From contig CAWBWI010000002.1 of the NCBI GenBank assembly GCA_963792585.1, forward strand, positions 96,001 to 160,000: a DNA stretch of 64,000 nucleotides. The letters are read 5' to 3'. The notes below the pieces were generated by a model. The model worked only from the letters and a program-made list of their open reading frames with translations, was not told the DNA's origin and made no database searches. A program made the position numbers and the translations under genes. Below are positions 50,128 to 59,852 of the stretch, piece by piece (position 1 is the stretch's first letter; the number at the start of each line of letters is the position of its first letter). The stretch is from Candidatus Eiseniibacteriota bacterium. Its GTDB lineage: Bacteria > Eisenbacteria > RBG-16-71-46 > CAIMUX01 > VGJL01.

Positions 50128-51008
50128 TACGCCGATTTCCGAACGGAGCGGCCCTTCCGCCCAATGCAGAAGTCGTATCGCCACTCATGGGGAGTCGGCG
50201 TCTCGATGATCTTGACACGGCCGAAGCCAGCGCAACGCATTGCCAATCGGATGTCGCACGCCGTAACCCGCCAGACGGGGAATTCTCGGGCCACGACCGT
50301 GCCGTCCTCGCGTATTCGAACCGCGATCGTGTACGACTTCGTCGGGGTTGCGCCATACGCAACGTGACTTTCGATCATGAATGCGCGTCCGTCCTCGCCA
50401 ACACGGTGCACGACATCCCGATCCCTCGGGATCCACTGGTCACCGATGAAGATCAGCTCCCGTCCGTGGGCGTCGTATCGTTTCATGTCGATGATGGCAA
50501 TCCCCCCACGGTGGAGGACCTCAAGCATGTTCCGAAAGACGCCCGCGAGTTCACTCGGCGGAATGTGGCATAGCGAATTGCCGGTACAGAGGACGACCTC
50601 TTGGCCCCGAAACTCCGTCGTGTCCGAGAGGATCTGCCAGGCGACCGGTTTGGGAAGGACACGGATACCGAGGCCGAGTGACCGCACCCGGGTGCGCAGG
50701 ATATCAAGCATAGCGCCGCTGCCGTCGGACGCGGTCATGCGGTATCCAAGATGGCTAAGCCCCACGGATGGATTCCCGGTTCCGGCGGCACAGTCCAGAA
50801 CGCGCAACTCACGACGTTCTCTGCCTGGGAGTTCCGCCCGAATCATGCGGTCGATCAAGCTCGCGGGTTGAGGCGAATCCCACCAGCCGAGCCACAGGTC
50901 GTAGATGGACGGCAAATCGGCCTGCCAGTAGTCCAAAAGATATGACGCGGCGCCGGTTGCGCGCGCCAAAGCGGCGCACTCCTCACTCAAAGGGAACAAC
51001 CTTCCCAT
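50127..51008 (-). CDS. Class I SAM-dependent methyltransferase (glycine/sarcosine N-MTase-like)
   Basis: VLDCAAGTG, ASDGSGAML, CTGNSLCHI, L..GG. Confidence 0.85.
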   Translation of the reverse strand: MGRLFPLSEECAALARATGAASYLLDYWQADLPSIYDLWLGWWDSPQPASLIDRMIRAELPGRERRELRVLDCAAGTGNPSVGLSHLGYRMTASDGSGAMLDILRTRVRSLGLGIRVLPKPVAWQILSDTTEFRGQEVVLCTGNSLCHIPPSELAGVFRNMLEVLHRGGIAIIDMKRYDAHGRELIFIGDQWIPRDRDVVHRVGEDGRAFMIESHVAYGATPTKSYTIAVRIREDGTVVAREFPVWRVTACDIRLAMRCAGFGRVKIIETPTPHEWRYDFCIGRKGRSVRKSA

Positions 51009-52113
51009 CGCGGATGGTGAGGACTCGCATGGGCTGTTCAACGTCCCCATTCTCGAGGACCGTGAGCGTTCCGGCCGCCCCCTCATATCCACTGACTTCA
51101 TGAAGCCCGCGGCGAATGCCTTCGGCCGAGTATCCGTATCTCTTGATCGCCTCAAGGACGAGCTTGGCTGCATCGTAGCTGTTGGGGGCGTAGTTCTCGG
51201 GATCCTTCCCGTATCGCGCTCGGAACGCCGCATTGAATGCCTGCACGCTCCGACCGCCTGTCGCCGGGTCAAGCGTCCCGGAGGCGAAGACAACCCCTTC
51301 CGCTGCGCTCCCCGCGATCTCACGGACCTCGGGTGCTTCGGCCGTCTGATGGGCGAGTACGGGGAGTGTGACCGCGAGCTCGTGACGCTGCTTTAGGAAG
51401 ACGCCGGTCTCTGTGGCGAATCCAGCGAAGAACATTGCATCGGGTCTAGATGCAGAGATGCGAGTGAGTTGGGAGCGTAGGTCGGTCGCCCCTTGAGATG
51501 CTTTCTCGATGCCCGTCACGGTACCGCCAAGACCCTTGAACGCCATCCGGAACTCTTCCGCAACTCCAAAGGGACCTGCGGATTCCACATAGATGATCGC
51601 GATGTGCCGGTAGCCCATCCGTTCATAGGCAAAGCTCGCCGTCACCTGGCCTTCGTACACGTCCGAAGCGATCGTGCGGAAGAAGTTGGGAGACTTCCCC
51701 GTGAGGCCGTGGTCCGTAGCGGACGGGGAGACAATGACGGTCCCATGCCGATCACAGACTGGCAGGACCGCCTGTACCTCAGAACTCGCCATGGGACCGA
51801 TGACGACGGGCACTCTGTCCACAGTGGAGAGTTTCGTCACGGCGGAGACGGCCTCGCTCGGGGTCATCCTGGTGTTCTCGTACACCACCACAATGGGTCG
51901 TCCGTTGATGCCGCCAGCCTTGTTGGCCTCCTCCACTGCAAGATCGATGGCCATCCGCGCGTTACTACCGTAGACGGCACCGTCCCCGGTGAGTGGAAGG
52001 GCCGCACCGAGCTTTGTGGCGTGTTCTTCTCGCGCGCAGCCAACCAGGACGGTAGTGAGGACAGCCGCGCAGGCGATGAGTCGTATGACTATCCGGTCCG
52101 CTTCAGCTTTCAT
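50983..52113 (-). CDS. ABC substrate-binding lipoprotein (LivK-like)
   Basis: Lipobox LVGC, LPLTGDGAVYG, GGINGRPI, IGPMASS, FFRT, YDA. Confidence 0.92.
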   Translation of the reverse strand: MKAEADRIVIRLIACAAVLTTVLVGCAREEHATKLGAALPLTGDGAVYGSNARMAIDLAVEEANKAGGINGRPIVVVYENTRMTPSEAVSAVTKLSTVDRVPVVIGPMASSEVQAVLPVCDRHGTVIVSPSATDHGLTGKSPNFFRTIASDVYEGQVTASFAYERMGYRHIAIIYVESAGPFGVAEEFRMAFKGLGGTVTGIEKASQGATDLRSQLTRISASRPDAMFFAGFATETGVFLKQRHELAVTLPVLAHQTAEAPEVREIAGSAAEGVVFASGTLDPATGGRSVQAFNAAFRARYGKDPENYAPNSYDAAKLVLEAIKRYGYSAEGIRRGLHEVSGYEGAAGTLTVLENGDVEQPMRVLTIRDGKVVPFE

Positions 52114-52455
52114 TATTGAGCTACCTCCACGGGTTCCCTTCCGCACCAGCACGCATTATCTGTGGCGTGGGGTCAGTCGCCGACCGACTCCTTCGCGGTG
52201 CCCGACACCCGCTGGTGCCGCCGGTTGGGTAGTCTACCACTCTGCCAGGCCCAGTAAAGTCCCATCTGCCGATCCCTTGACTCATCGACTCATCCAACTT
52301 CTTGCAGTCTTGGGGGATTTCGAGGGAATCGCTTCGTGAGGCTTCCATTCTGGGGCCCGTGCGAATCCTGGGATCGCGCGATCTCGCGCCGCAGTCCCGG
52401 GACGGATCTTCGAGAGGCCCACGGACCCGCTCGGCACCGAGGCGTCGGCCGGGGC

Positions 52456-52476
52456 CGGGTGGGGACATCTCGATCT
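52456..52476 (+). repeat. 21-bp exact direct repeat, copy 1 (copy 2 at 59504-59524)
   Basis: CGGGTGGGGACATCTCGATCT at both positions. Confidence 0.8.
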
Positions 52477-52530
52477 GACTGCGGAGAATCTGGACTGATC
52501 GCCCGGAGTTCGCCGTACCGGGTGGCCATG

Positions 52531-52800
52531 TCAGCGGCCGTCCTGTCTCCCGCCCGGCTCCTCGACCTTCAGCTTCACCCGTAGCCCAGACTTTGTAGCA
52601 CAGGCGACCACAGGATGCCGGATTGCCTCGATCGAACGGCCCTGCCTCCCGATCACTAGGCCGACCTCTCCGGGTGCGACCCGGATGGCCAAGTGAATGA
52701 ATCCGTCGTCGGCTGGTTCGGCTGCGACCTCGACGGCTTCCGGCTGGTCGACGAGCATCTGAACCAATCGGCGTGTGAATTCCCGGATCTCGGTATGCAC
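52531..52800 (-). CDS. KH-domain RNA-binding protein (KhpA/UPF0109-like)
   Basis: LVDQPEAVEV..V...VGLVIGRQGRSIEAIR. Confidence 0.85.
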   Translation of the reverse strand: MHTEIREFTRRLVQMLVDQPEAVEVAAEPADDGFIHLAIRVAPGEVGLVIGRQGRSIEAIRHPVVACATKSGLRVKLKVEEPGGRQDGR

Positions 52801-52836
52801 GGAGCACGCCCTCCTGCATGGTCAGGGGTGACGTAT

Positions 52837-53454
52837 CTATGTGGGACGAGGGTGACCACAAACAACTAGCCCCCGTCGGCTCACCGTCGCCGGATCTGAG
52901 TCGCTCCTGCGAAGCGCATTCTCCTGGACTATGTGACATGGGTGGGCAGCCCTTGGATGCACCGCTCCGCCCACCTCCGTGGGAATCCGTGACGGCATCG
53001 GAGATGAACTGTCCGGCAACGGCTCTATGTGACGGATCCAGGGAGGGGCTCCTCCGCCCAGAGTCACGTCACGACCGGCCGTGCCGATATCGAGGACCGC
53101 GCGAAGTTTCCAGCGGGTCATAGGGCTCGGCCGGTATCGCCCCAGCTCGGTGTTCCGCACCGTCCTCGGATCCCGGCTGGTTCTGGCGGCCAACTCGGCC
53201 TGGGTCATCCCGAGGGGCCAACGGGCGGTTCGGGCACGGGACCCGATCGCGGCGTCCTGCGAAAGCAAATCGACCCCGAGAACCTTTGCGATGCTCGCGC
53301 ACGAGGATGCGAGCGGCCTGGTCGCGCCGGACTCCCCGTTCGCCAGGGCCCGTGTCGTTCGCCCGAGTCGGTCCGCCAGTCCCGCCTGAGTCAGGCAGAG
53401 GTCCATTCGCTGTTGGCGGAGGGGATTTTCGGCCGGATCAGGGCTACTTGACAA
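52837..53454 (-). CDS. Tandem XRE-HTH regulator, possibly degenerate
   Basis: Two LTQA.LA / MTQAELA..E.G..P repeats. Confidence 0.6.
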   Translation of the reverse strand: MSSSPDPAENPLRQQRMDLCLTQAGLADRLGRTTRALANGESGATRPLASSCASIAKVLGVDLLSQDAAIGSRARTARWPLGMTQAELAARTSRDPRTVRNTELGRYRPSPMTRWKLRAVLDIGTAGRDVTLGGGAPPWIRHIEPLPDSSSPMPSRIPTEVGGAVHPRAAHPCHIVQENALRRSDSDPATVSRRGLVVCGHPRPT

Positions 53455-53533
53455 CCCGCATTGATAAGATATCCTCTTTGGGCGATGCCCGGCGCGGTTA
53501 CTGGCTGACGGGGGCTACCAGGAGTACTCTGCA

Positions 53534-56149
53534 ATGGTTTCCTGGATCTTCATTCTTGTGGTTTCGCTGGTTTTGGCAGGCGCTGCGCAACGCACATGGC
53601 GGAACCGATGCTTCTCCAAGTTTGCACGGCTTCATGACCAAGCGGTTCGGGCCGCCACCCCTGCGCTCCTGCATCACGCGTATGCTACTTTCCGTCGAAG
53701 TGGACTCTATCTCTCCAGAGCATATTGGCCCCTTATCACCAGGGACTTGACCATCCCAAGACTATTTCTGACGCAAGATCTTAACTCCGTCCTTCTTTGG
53801 GGACGATCGCGCGATAATCTTAGCGTCGTCGCCCATATTGCCAGCAGGACCAATCAGTGGCTTGCAGTCACCTCCAACCGCCTCGGCTATATTTCAGCTT
53901 CCATCACACATGCGCATCAATCAGTTCAATGGGCTCGATTAACGTCTGATTCACAAGCGATCGGTGGAGCATTGAACTGCCTGGGCAGCATCATGTCACC
54001 ATTCGATGCGGACTACGCTCGTAAGTGTTTTCTCGAGGATTTTAGCCATCGCAGCGATCCGTCAACGTACCTCGATCTTGCGAAAAACAGCATCGGCGCA
54101 TCGGAGTTCGCCGGTGCTCTTGAGTACCTGGAGATGGCGGAGCGCTTGTCGACGGGAGATGCGGAGGTTGACCACAAAAGCACGTTCCTCAGGGTCGAGC
54201 TGTTTCTTCGCCGCCGAGAGTACTCTCAAGCGGAGTCGCTTCTCGATTCAATGAGCGGGTGCGAGGACTCCGTGATATCCACCGGATCCTATCCGGAACT
54301 CATGGCTCGGCTTCTGCTGGAGACCGGACGAGGCAAGGAAGCCAACACCTACCTCATTGGTACCAAGTTACTAGCTGCCGACCCAATGATGCCATTGCCT
54401 CAGCTGGCAGCTGAGACCTGCAATTTTGGCTGGTGCGCCGAGCTGGTGGGAGACACGGAGACCGCCGTCGACAGGTATCTGAGGTCCGTTGACTGTTTAG
54501 AGCGGTTGCGACTCCTGAATCCAGAGGGGTTGCGACTCGGGTTCTTGAAGAAGGACAACCACCTTCGTCCGTACAAACGGCTCGTGGCACTGCTCGCACG
54601 AACTACTTTGCCGATCTCCGACCTAGACGAACGAGGATTCGGTAGGACGAATAGAGAAGCGGCTCTCTTCTTTGCGGACGCGGCGAGAGCGCGCGTACTT
54701 CTTGAACAGGTGGCGGCCAGGAGCAGGCCGGCGTCTGAGATCCGGAACAGCGCGCTGGTTCGAAAGGAGCGACGACTACGTGCTCGCCTGTTGAACGCGA
54801 CGCTGGCGACGGAAGCTGAAGCGGTGGCCTCTGGGTTTGAAACAGGGAGATTTGATCGAAGCGACGACGGCAAACTTGTATGGAGGGTGGCGTCAGCACC
54901 GAAGGAGTATATCAGGGCATGCGATCGGCGTACCGGCATTGAGAAGGAGCTGCGGGCGTGCGTGAAAGATCTGGTCGGTTCTGATCCTGGTTATGCATCT
55001 ACGCACTACCCGATACCGATTGCTGGCTGGGAAACGACCCTGAGGCCGAACGAGGTTGTCATCGAGTATGCACTCAGTCACCCGGAGAGTTATGCATTCG
55101 TCATATCCAAAGATGGCATCAGAGATGTAGTGGAGATTGCGGCGAGCGATGACCTAATTCGATGTAAGATCAAGGGATTCGTTGAGGCGATCGTCAGCGA
55201 GGACATTGTCGAGCGGGAAGCGCTTGGGTCTGAGTTATTCAATCTCCTGCTTTCCCCTGCGATCACGAATCTTGATGGCGCGGAGTCCCTGGTGATGATC
55301 CCGGACACGGGGATGTGGGGCTTGGCTTTTGGCGTCCTTCCCGTAGCAGGGCGCGTAGGGAATGGAGTGTCAACGTACGTGGGTGACCGCTGGCCGATTA
55401 GCTACCATGCGTCTTTGTCCAGCCTCCGACTTAACAGAACTAGAGCTAGAGTGGCTTCACGACGGCCGTTCTTTGGTCTTGGAAACCCGGCGTTCGGGCC
55501 GGGTGAGGTGGTGACGGCGGCCGTGGCAGGAGGAATCGTGCGACGGGCAGGCTTGTCGAGACCAGGATACAACGTGGAGGCGCTTCCGGAAACCGAGGAG
55601 GAGATCAGTGCTGCAGCGCGGCTCCTCCGAGCCGAGGTAGCGCCGCCGGATGTGCTCCTGCGAGAAAATGCGAGCAGGGCGATGCTTGAACGGACAGATC
55701 TGTCAAAATACAGGATTATTCACTTTGCGACACACGCAATAGCCAGCGATGACATCGCGGAACTCCGCGAACCCGTGATCGTGTTGTCGGGAGAAGCAGG
55801 GCAGGGACCGCAGGTGCTCCGAGCGGGCGAGGTGGCAGCCCTGAGACTGACCGGGTGTGAGCTTGTCGTGCTGTCCGCGTGCAGGACCGGCGTTGGCGAA
55901 GAGGTTCCAGGAGAAGGTCACTGTAGCCTTGCGTGGGCCTTTCAGCAGGCCGGGGCGAAGGCAGTGATCATGAGTCTCTGGGACGTCCCCTCGGTGGCCA
56001 CCGCAAGGCTCTTTGAGGAGTTCTATCGACGCGTGGCAGCGGGATGCAGCTTCGTGAGTAGTCTGGACGAGGCACGTAGACTTGTCCGTAACGAGTTCGG
56101 ATCCCCGCTGTTTTGGGGAGGGTTTGTGTTGGTGGGAGACGAGTGGTAA
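53534..56149 (+). CDS. TPR-CHAT (caspase-like) protease
   Basis: IHFATHA and VLSACRTG (His/Cys dyad), LPETEEE, SLWDV, FY, FWGGFVLVG. Confidence 0.92.
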   Translation: MVSWIFILVVSLVLAGAAQRTWRNRCFSKFARLHDQAVRAATPALLHHAYATFRRSGLYLSRAYWPLITRDLTIPRLFLTQDLNSVLLWGRSRDNLSVVAHIASRTNQWLAVTSNRLGYISASITHAHQSVQWARLTSDSQAIGGALNCLGSIMSPFDADYARKCFLEDFSHRSDPSTYLDLAKNSIGASEFAGALEYLEMAERLSTGDAEVDHKSTFLRVELFLRRREYSQAESLLDSMSGCEDSVISTGSYPELMARLLLETGRGKEANTYLIGTKLLAADPMMPLPQLAAETCNFGWCAELVGDTETAVDRYLRSVDCLERLRLLNPEGLRLGFLKKDNHLRPYKRLVALLARTTLPISDLDERGFGRTNREAALFFADAARARVLLEQVAARSRPASEIRNSALVRKERRLRARLLNATLATEAEAVASGFETGRFDRSDDGKLVWRVASAPKEYIRACDRRTGIEKELRACVKDLVGSDPGYASTHYPIPIAGWETTLRPNEVVIEYALSHPESYAFVISKDGIRDVVEIAASDDLIRCKIKGFVEAIVSEDIVEREALGSELFNLLLSPAITNLDGAESLVMIPDTGMWGLAFGVLPVAGRVGNGVSTYVGDRWPISYHASLSSLRLNRTRARVASRRPFFGLGNPAFGPGEVVTAAVAGGIVRRAGLSRPGYNVEALPETEEEISAAARLLRAEVAPPDVLLRENASRAMLERTDLSKYRIIHFATHAIASDDIAELREPVIVLSGEAGQGPQVLRAGEVAALRLTGCELVVLSACRTGVGEEVPGEGHCSLAWAFQQAGAKAVIMSLWDVPSVATARLFEEFYRRVAAGCSFVSSLDEARRLVRNEFGSPLFWGGFVLVGDEW

Positions 56150-56233
56150 TCCAAGTGAAGGGTACAAAGGGTGGCAACGGTGGTCACAGAACGTAGAGCA
56201 TTGGTGCTGAGAGCCACCTTGATTGGGGGAACC

Positions 56234-56590
56234 ATGACCGATGAGATCAGTATCCGTTCCTCGGAGTTGTCGGCGGCGGACTTGATTCAGTCATTAGTTG
56301 CGCCGGATTCGGGCAACGGGGATCTTCGACTCGAACTCAGACAGCGCGGTACGCGTGTCCGGAGTATCGATCAAACGGTGTTGGTTGCGATCGTAGGGGC
56401 GAGCGGAACGGCTCTGGGTGCATTGATTGCCGGTGTGCTCAACTTGGCGGCACAGAAGGGAGGAAGGAAGGTCATCATTGTTGGAAGAACAGGCCGGAGG
56501 TTAGAAATCACCGGGCGGCCCACTCCCGAGGAACTCGAAGGATACGTACAGATCGCCCGGGAGATTGACGCCGAGATCATCAAGCTGTAG
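56234..56590 (+). CDS. EACC1-like small membrane-associated partner
   Basis: VLVAIVGASGTALGALIAGV..KVIIVGRTGRRLEITG. Confidence 0.6.
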   Translation: MTDEISIRSSELSAADLIQSLVAPDSGNGDLRLELRQRGTRVRSIDQTVLVAIVGASGTALGALIAGVLNLAAQKGGRKVIIVGRTGRRLEITGRPTPEELEGYVQIAREIDAEIIKL

Positions 56591-56858
56591 TAGTGCCGCA
56601 AGCAACGGCCATCCATCTAACCGTATGGTGCCTTCTCAGAAGTAGGTAGCCGCAATCTCTCGAACCTCGTGAACTCGCGCCGCAGCGCTGATTGGCGCAC
56701 CGCTTCACGGGTGCGGCCAATCTGAACTTCTCCCGAGGGACCTGGTTGCAGTTTGCAGTTGCTCCGGCGCCACACGCGCATCGCCCTCGACTACGGCGGG
56801 GTTGTCGCAGCCGCTCAGTCGCGGGTGATGTCTCTCTAGGTCAACCCGATGGTTTCGG

Positions 56859-57534
56859 TGCGCGTTTCGCTCCATCGTGAACGCCAAGATCGGCGCATCG
56901 TGAACAGTCAGATCGGACCATCGTGAACACCGGGATCGGGGTCGTGAACACGGCCCGGTCGGCGACACTGCCCCGTTGGGTGGCAGGGGAACCGGCTGAG
57001 GTGAGGGACGCTGGATAGTCGGTAACACCGTTCGCCCTTCGCCAAGGAGGGACGATGACCAAGGAGCGACTGCCCATGCGGAAGGTACGAGAGATTCTGC
57101 GCCTGGTTGGGGGGCTGTCCGGGACTTACCGGGACGCGGCCTGCAGCCTCGGGGTGAGCCTGGGAATCGTGGCGGCGACAGTCCGGCAGGCGACGGACGC
57201 GGGCCTGGACTGGCCCGGGGTGGAGGCGTTGCCCGACGACGCCCCCGGGCACCGACTCTACGGTTCCGTCCCGATCCTGGGCGAAGAGCGACCGCGCCCG
57301 GATTGCGCGTGGCTCCACACGGAGCGCCACCTGCCCGGAGTGACGCTGGCCCTGCTCCACCTGGAATACTTGGAACGCCACCTGAACGGGTACCGCTACA
57401 CCCAGTTCTGCGAGTACTACCGGCAGTGGCTCTCCCGCCGGCGCCTGAGCGTGCGTCAGGTACACCGGGCCGGCGAGAAGGCGTTCCTGGATTACGCCGG
57501 GAAGAAGCCACACCTGATCGATCCCGCGACCGGT
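56859..57534 (+). mobile_element. istA: Truncated IS21-family element (terminal repeats + istA 5' part, CDS from 57055)
   Basis: TG-start end with four (A/G)TCGTGAAC repeats; MRKVREILRL, LLHLEY, Y.YTQFC, RQVHRAGEKAFLDYAG. Confidence 0.88.
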
Positions 57535-57652
57535 GTCAGGTTTCAACTGAACCGGCACACTGTCTTGGTTCAGCGTGAACATGACACGTCGACCTGCCCG
57601 ACAGGGCGGCCGTTCCGCCCGGGCGCTCCGTTCGGCGGCGACACTTCCGTGA

Positions 57653-59035
57653 TCACTCCCAGCAGTCGGAGAATCGAGAAAGGTCGTCTGCCGTCATCTG
57701 GTGCCACAATTGTCCGCCGCGTTCCACCGTAAACTGCGCCGAATCGAGGACGAAGTATCGCTGCTGCTCAGTCAATGACGTGATGACGAGATTGAAGGAC
57801 CCAGATTGCATAAGTGGCCATTCTACCCACAGGTCCTTCAGGTCACAGACGCTCGACCCAGCGCTAGTGAGCCCGGTGATGTCCAGAACCATCATGGCAT
57901 TCACCCTGAGCACTCCTGTGTTGAACTCTGCAGTGATAGACGGCGACTCTTGGTGCGCAGTGGTCGTCAGGTCTTTCGGCCACAGCAGCATTCGAATGCT
58001 CGGTGTTCGGGCAAGATGGACATCCAGATCTTTGCGAGAATCAGGAAGGCTTGTATAGAAGCGAAGCTCGACTCGAAACAGCTCGGAAGCAGCCTTTGCG
58101 AGTCTTTCAGCGTCCCCCTGCGGCCCGTGGGCGCGCCGAAGTGAGTGGTCGAAAGAATACTCCTTCGGATTATATGGCCAACCGTATTCGAACAAATAGA
58201 GAAAGGCCGAAGTTCTGGCGGGAAAGTAGATGCGATCAGCTCGCTGCACTTGCTCCTGCAGATCGTCGGATTCTTCCGGAGTTGAAGGGAAGTATGGATT
58301 GACTGGCGCACCGGACACAGGTGTAACGACAATGTTGTCCAGCGATTCGTTTTGAAACGCCGCGCGGGGATACTCCCAATCGACAGTCGAGTCGGGAAGG
58401 ATCGCGATCACGCCGCTTACACACTGCCTGCCGTTGGAAGGGAGTGCAGACGTGGCTGTCCACTCAGCCTGGAGGCTTTGAAATGAGTACTGGTGACCTA
58501 GGATGGCACTCGTTCGCCGTTTCATTACGTCGTGAAGCACCTTTACGTCTGCTGAGGCCGTCGCAATGCGGCGTGCTGTCGTCTCCGCAACCCCTCTGAG
58601 CTCGTCCGACTGTCGGCCCAATTGCTGTTGTGCTACAAACGTGGATTCCTGTGCCGAGCGGATGAGATCGCTCAGCTCGATTGCATCGCCAAGGCCGCGT
58701 TCGAGTTTCTCCAGAGCTGCCTGGGCGTCGGCTTGGCGCTCATCCCATGTGCGCCAGTGCTCTGCAGTTGCCCTGGCAGCCTTCTCCGCGTCTATTGCCG
58801 CCAGAAAACTCCAGACGGCGACTGCTGTCGCCAGGGTGACAGCCACGAGGAGACGAGCTGACTTGATGCGTAGTCGTCGAAACTGGACCGGCCTTAGATG
58901 CTCGCGGTCAAGGGACACATACAGGATCGAGAGAAGAAGCTGCAAGAAGATGAGACACCCGACGAGAAACATGCGGCATCCCCCGTGTGTTGGTCCAGCG
59001 TTAACCTGACTCCCATGGTTTTCGGCCATGCACAT
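57653..59035 (-). CDS. Hypothetical membrane-anchored coiled-coil protein
   Basis: Two TM segments, a coiled coil and a C-terminal globular region. Confidence 0.6.
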   Translation of the reverse strand: MCMAENHGSQVNAGPTHGGCRMFLVGCLIFLQLLLSILYVSLDREHLRPVQFRRLRIKSARLLVAVTLATAVAVWSFLAAIDAEKAARATAEHWRTWDERQADAQAALEKLERGLGDAIELSDLIRSAQESTFVAQQQLGRQSDELRGVAETTARRIATASADVKVLHDVMKRRTSAILGHQYSFQSLQAEWTATSALPSNGRQCVSGVIAILPDSTVDWEYPRAAFQNESLDNIVVTPVSGAPVNPYFPSTPEESDDLQEQVQRADRIYFPARTSAFLYLFEYGWPYNPKEYSFDHSLRRAHGPQGDAERLAKAASELFRVELRFYTSLPDSRKDLDVHLARTPSIRMLLWPKDLTTTAHQESPSITAEFNTGVLRVNAMMVLDITGLTSAGSSVCDLKDLWVEWPLMQSGSFNLVITSLTEQQRYFVLDSAQFTVERGGQLWHQMTADDLSRFSDCWE

Positions 59036-59047
59036 GACGTGTGATCG

Positions 59048-59375
59048 TTCAGGCGCAGAGCTGGTCTTGGCGATGCGCCTCGCGCGCCGCTTCGAGCCGT
59101 CGATCGCGCTCGGCCCGGGTGGCCTGTTCCCGCCCCTCGAACCTATCCTCGGGGGTGACAGAGCCGATGGCGCTATGGAGCCGGACGTGATCGTAGTAGT
59201 AACTGTAGCGCTCGACCAGGTGTTCCGGCTTCTCTTTGGTGGCCGGGCGGTGGGGTTTGAATGGCCTCGGCCTTCAGGGGCTGATTCCAGCGCTCGATCT
59301 TGCCGTTGGTCTAGGGGTAATAGAGTGAGGTGCGGACGTGGGTCATCTCAGCCTCGCATATGAAGATCCTGAAGC
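59048..59375 (-). pseudogene. IS3-family transposase C-terminal remnant
   Basis: Minus strand reads THVRTSLYYP*TNGKIERW..HVRLHSAIGSVTP..ERDRRLEAARE. Confidence 0.75.
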
Positions 59376-59524
59376 TCTCCTCTACCCTCCGTCGCCGGAC
59401 CGTCGGCCTGGCCGGTCCATGCTTGGCCGCGGCAGCGAGGCTCCTCCGAAACATGGAACGTGGCGCCGTATGCGGCGGTCCGGTTGGCTATGAACGCCGG
59501 GGACGGGTGGGGACATCTCGATCT

Positions 59525-59689
59525 CCCCAGCGATCGAGCAGATCGCCGCCCACTGCGAGGCGTGCTCCCGCTCGTGCTCCAGAACCATCCGCACGGCCCG
59601 TTCCCGGACCTCCGGTGAGTACCTGCTTGGTCTTCCCATGACCCCATCCTCTCAAGGAATGGAGCCTCCGGCAATCCCGGGGCGGTTCA
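59525..59689 (-). mobile_element. IS3 family (IS51-group-like) left end and truncated orfA
   Basis: Terminal repeat [52 protein letters not shown]. Confidence 0.85.
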
Positions 59690-59852
59690 CCTTGAGGATT
59701 CGTGCGCTTATAGACTCGGCTCCGTGGCAAGGCTCGGAGATACGGGACTGAAAGATAAGGCGCCTGGATGGATTTCACCAATAGTCGGCATTCGGCAACC
59801 ACTCCACTTATCTCTTCTGCTCACTCCTCTGCTGCATGCCTGAAGAGGGAGG

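Noticed and set aside
56608..56730. Possible integron attC after the EACC1-like gene (ATCTAAC plus a hairpin)
   Set aside because: No complementary GTTAGAT box at a suitable distance and no integron integrase.
56859..56950. Short periodic repeats resembling a mini-CRISPR
   Set aside because: Units are ~20-24 bp with no unique spacers and directly precede istA, so they are IS21 terminal repeats.
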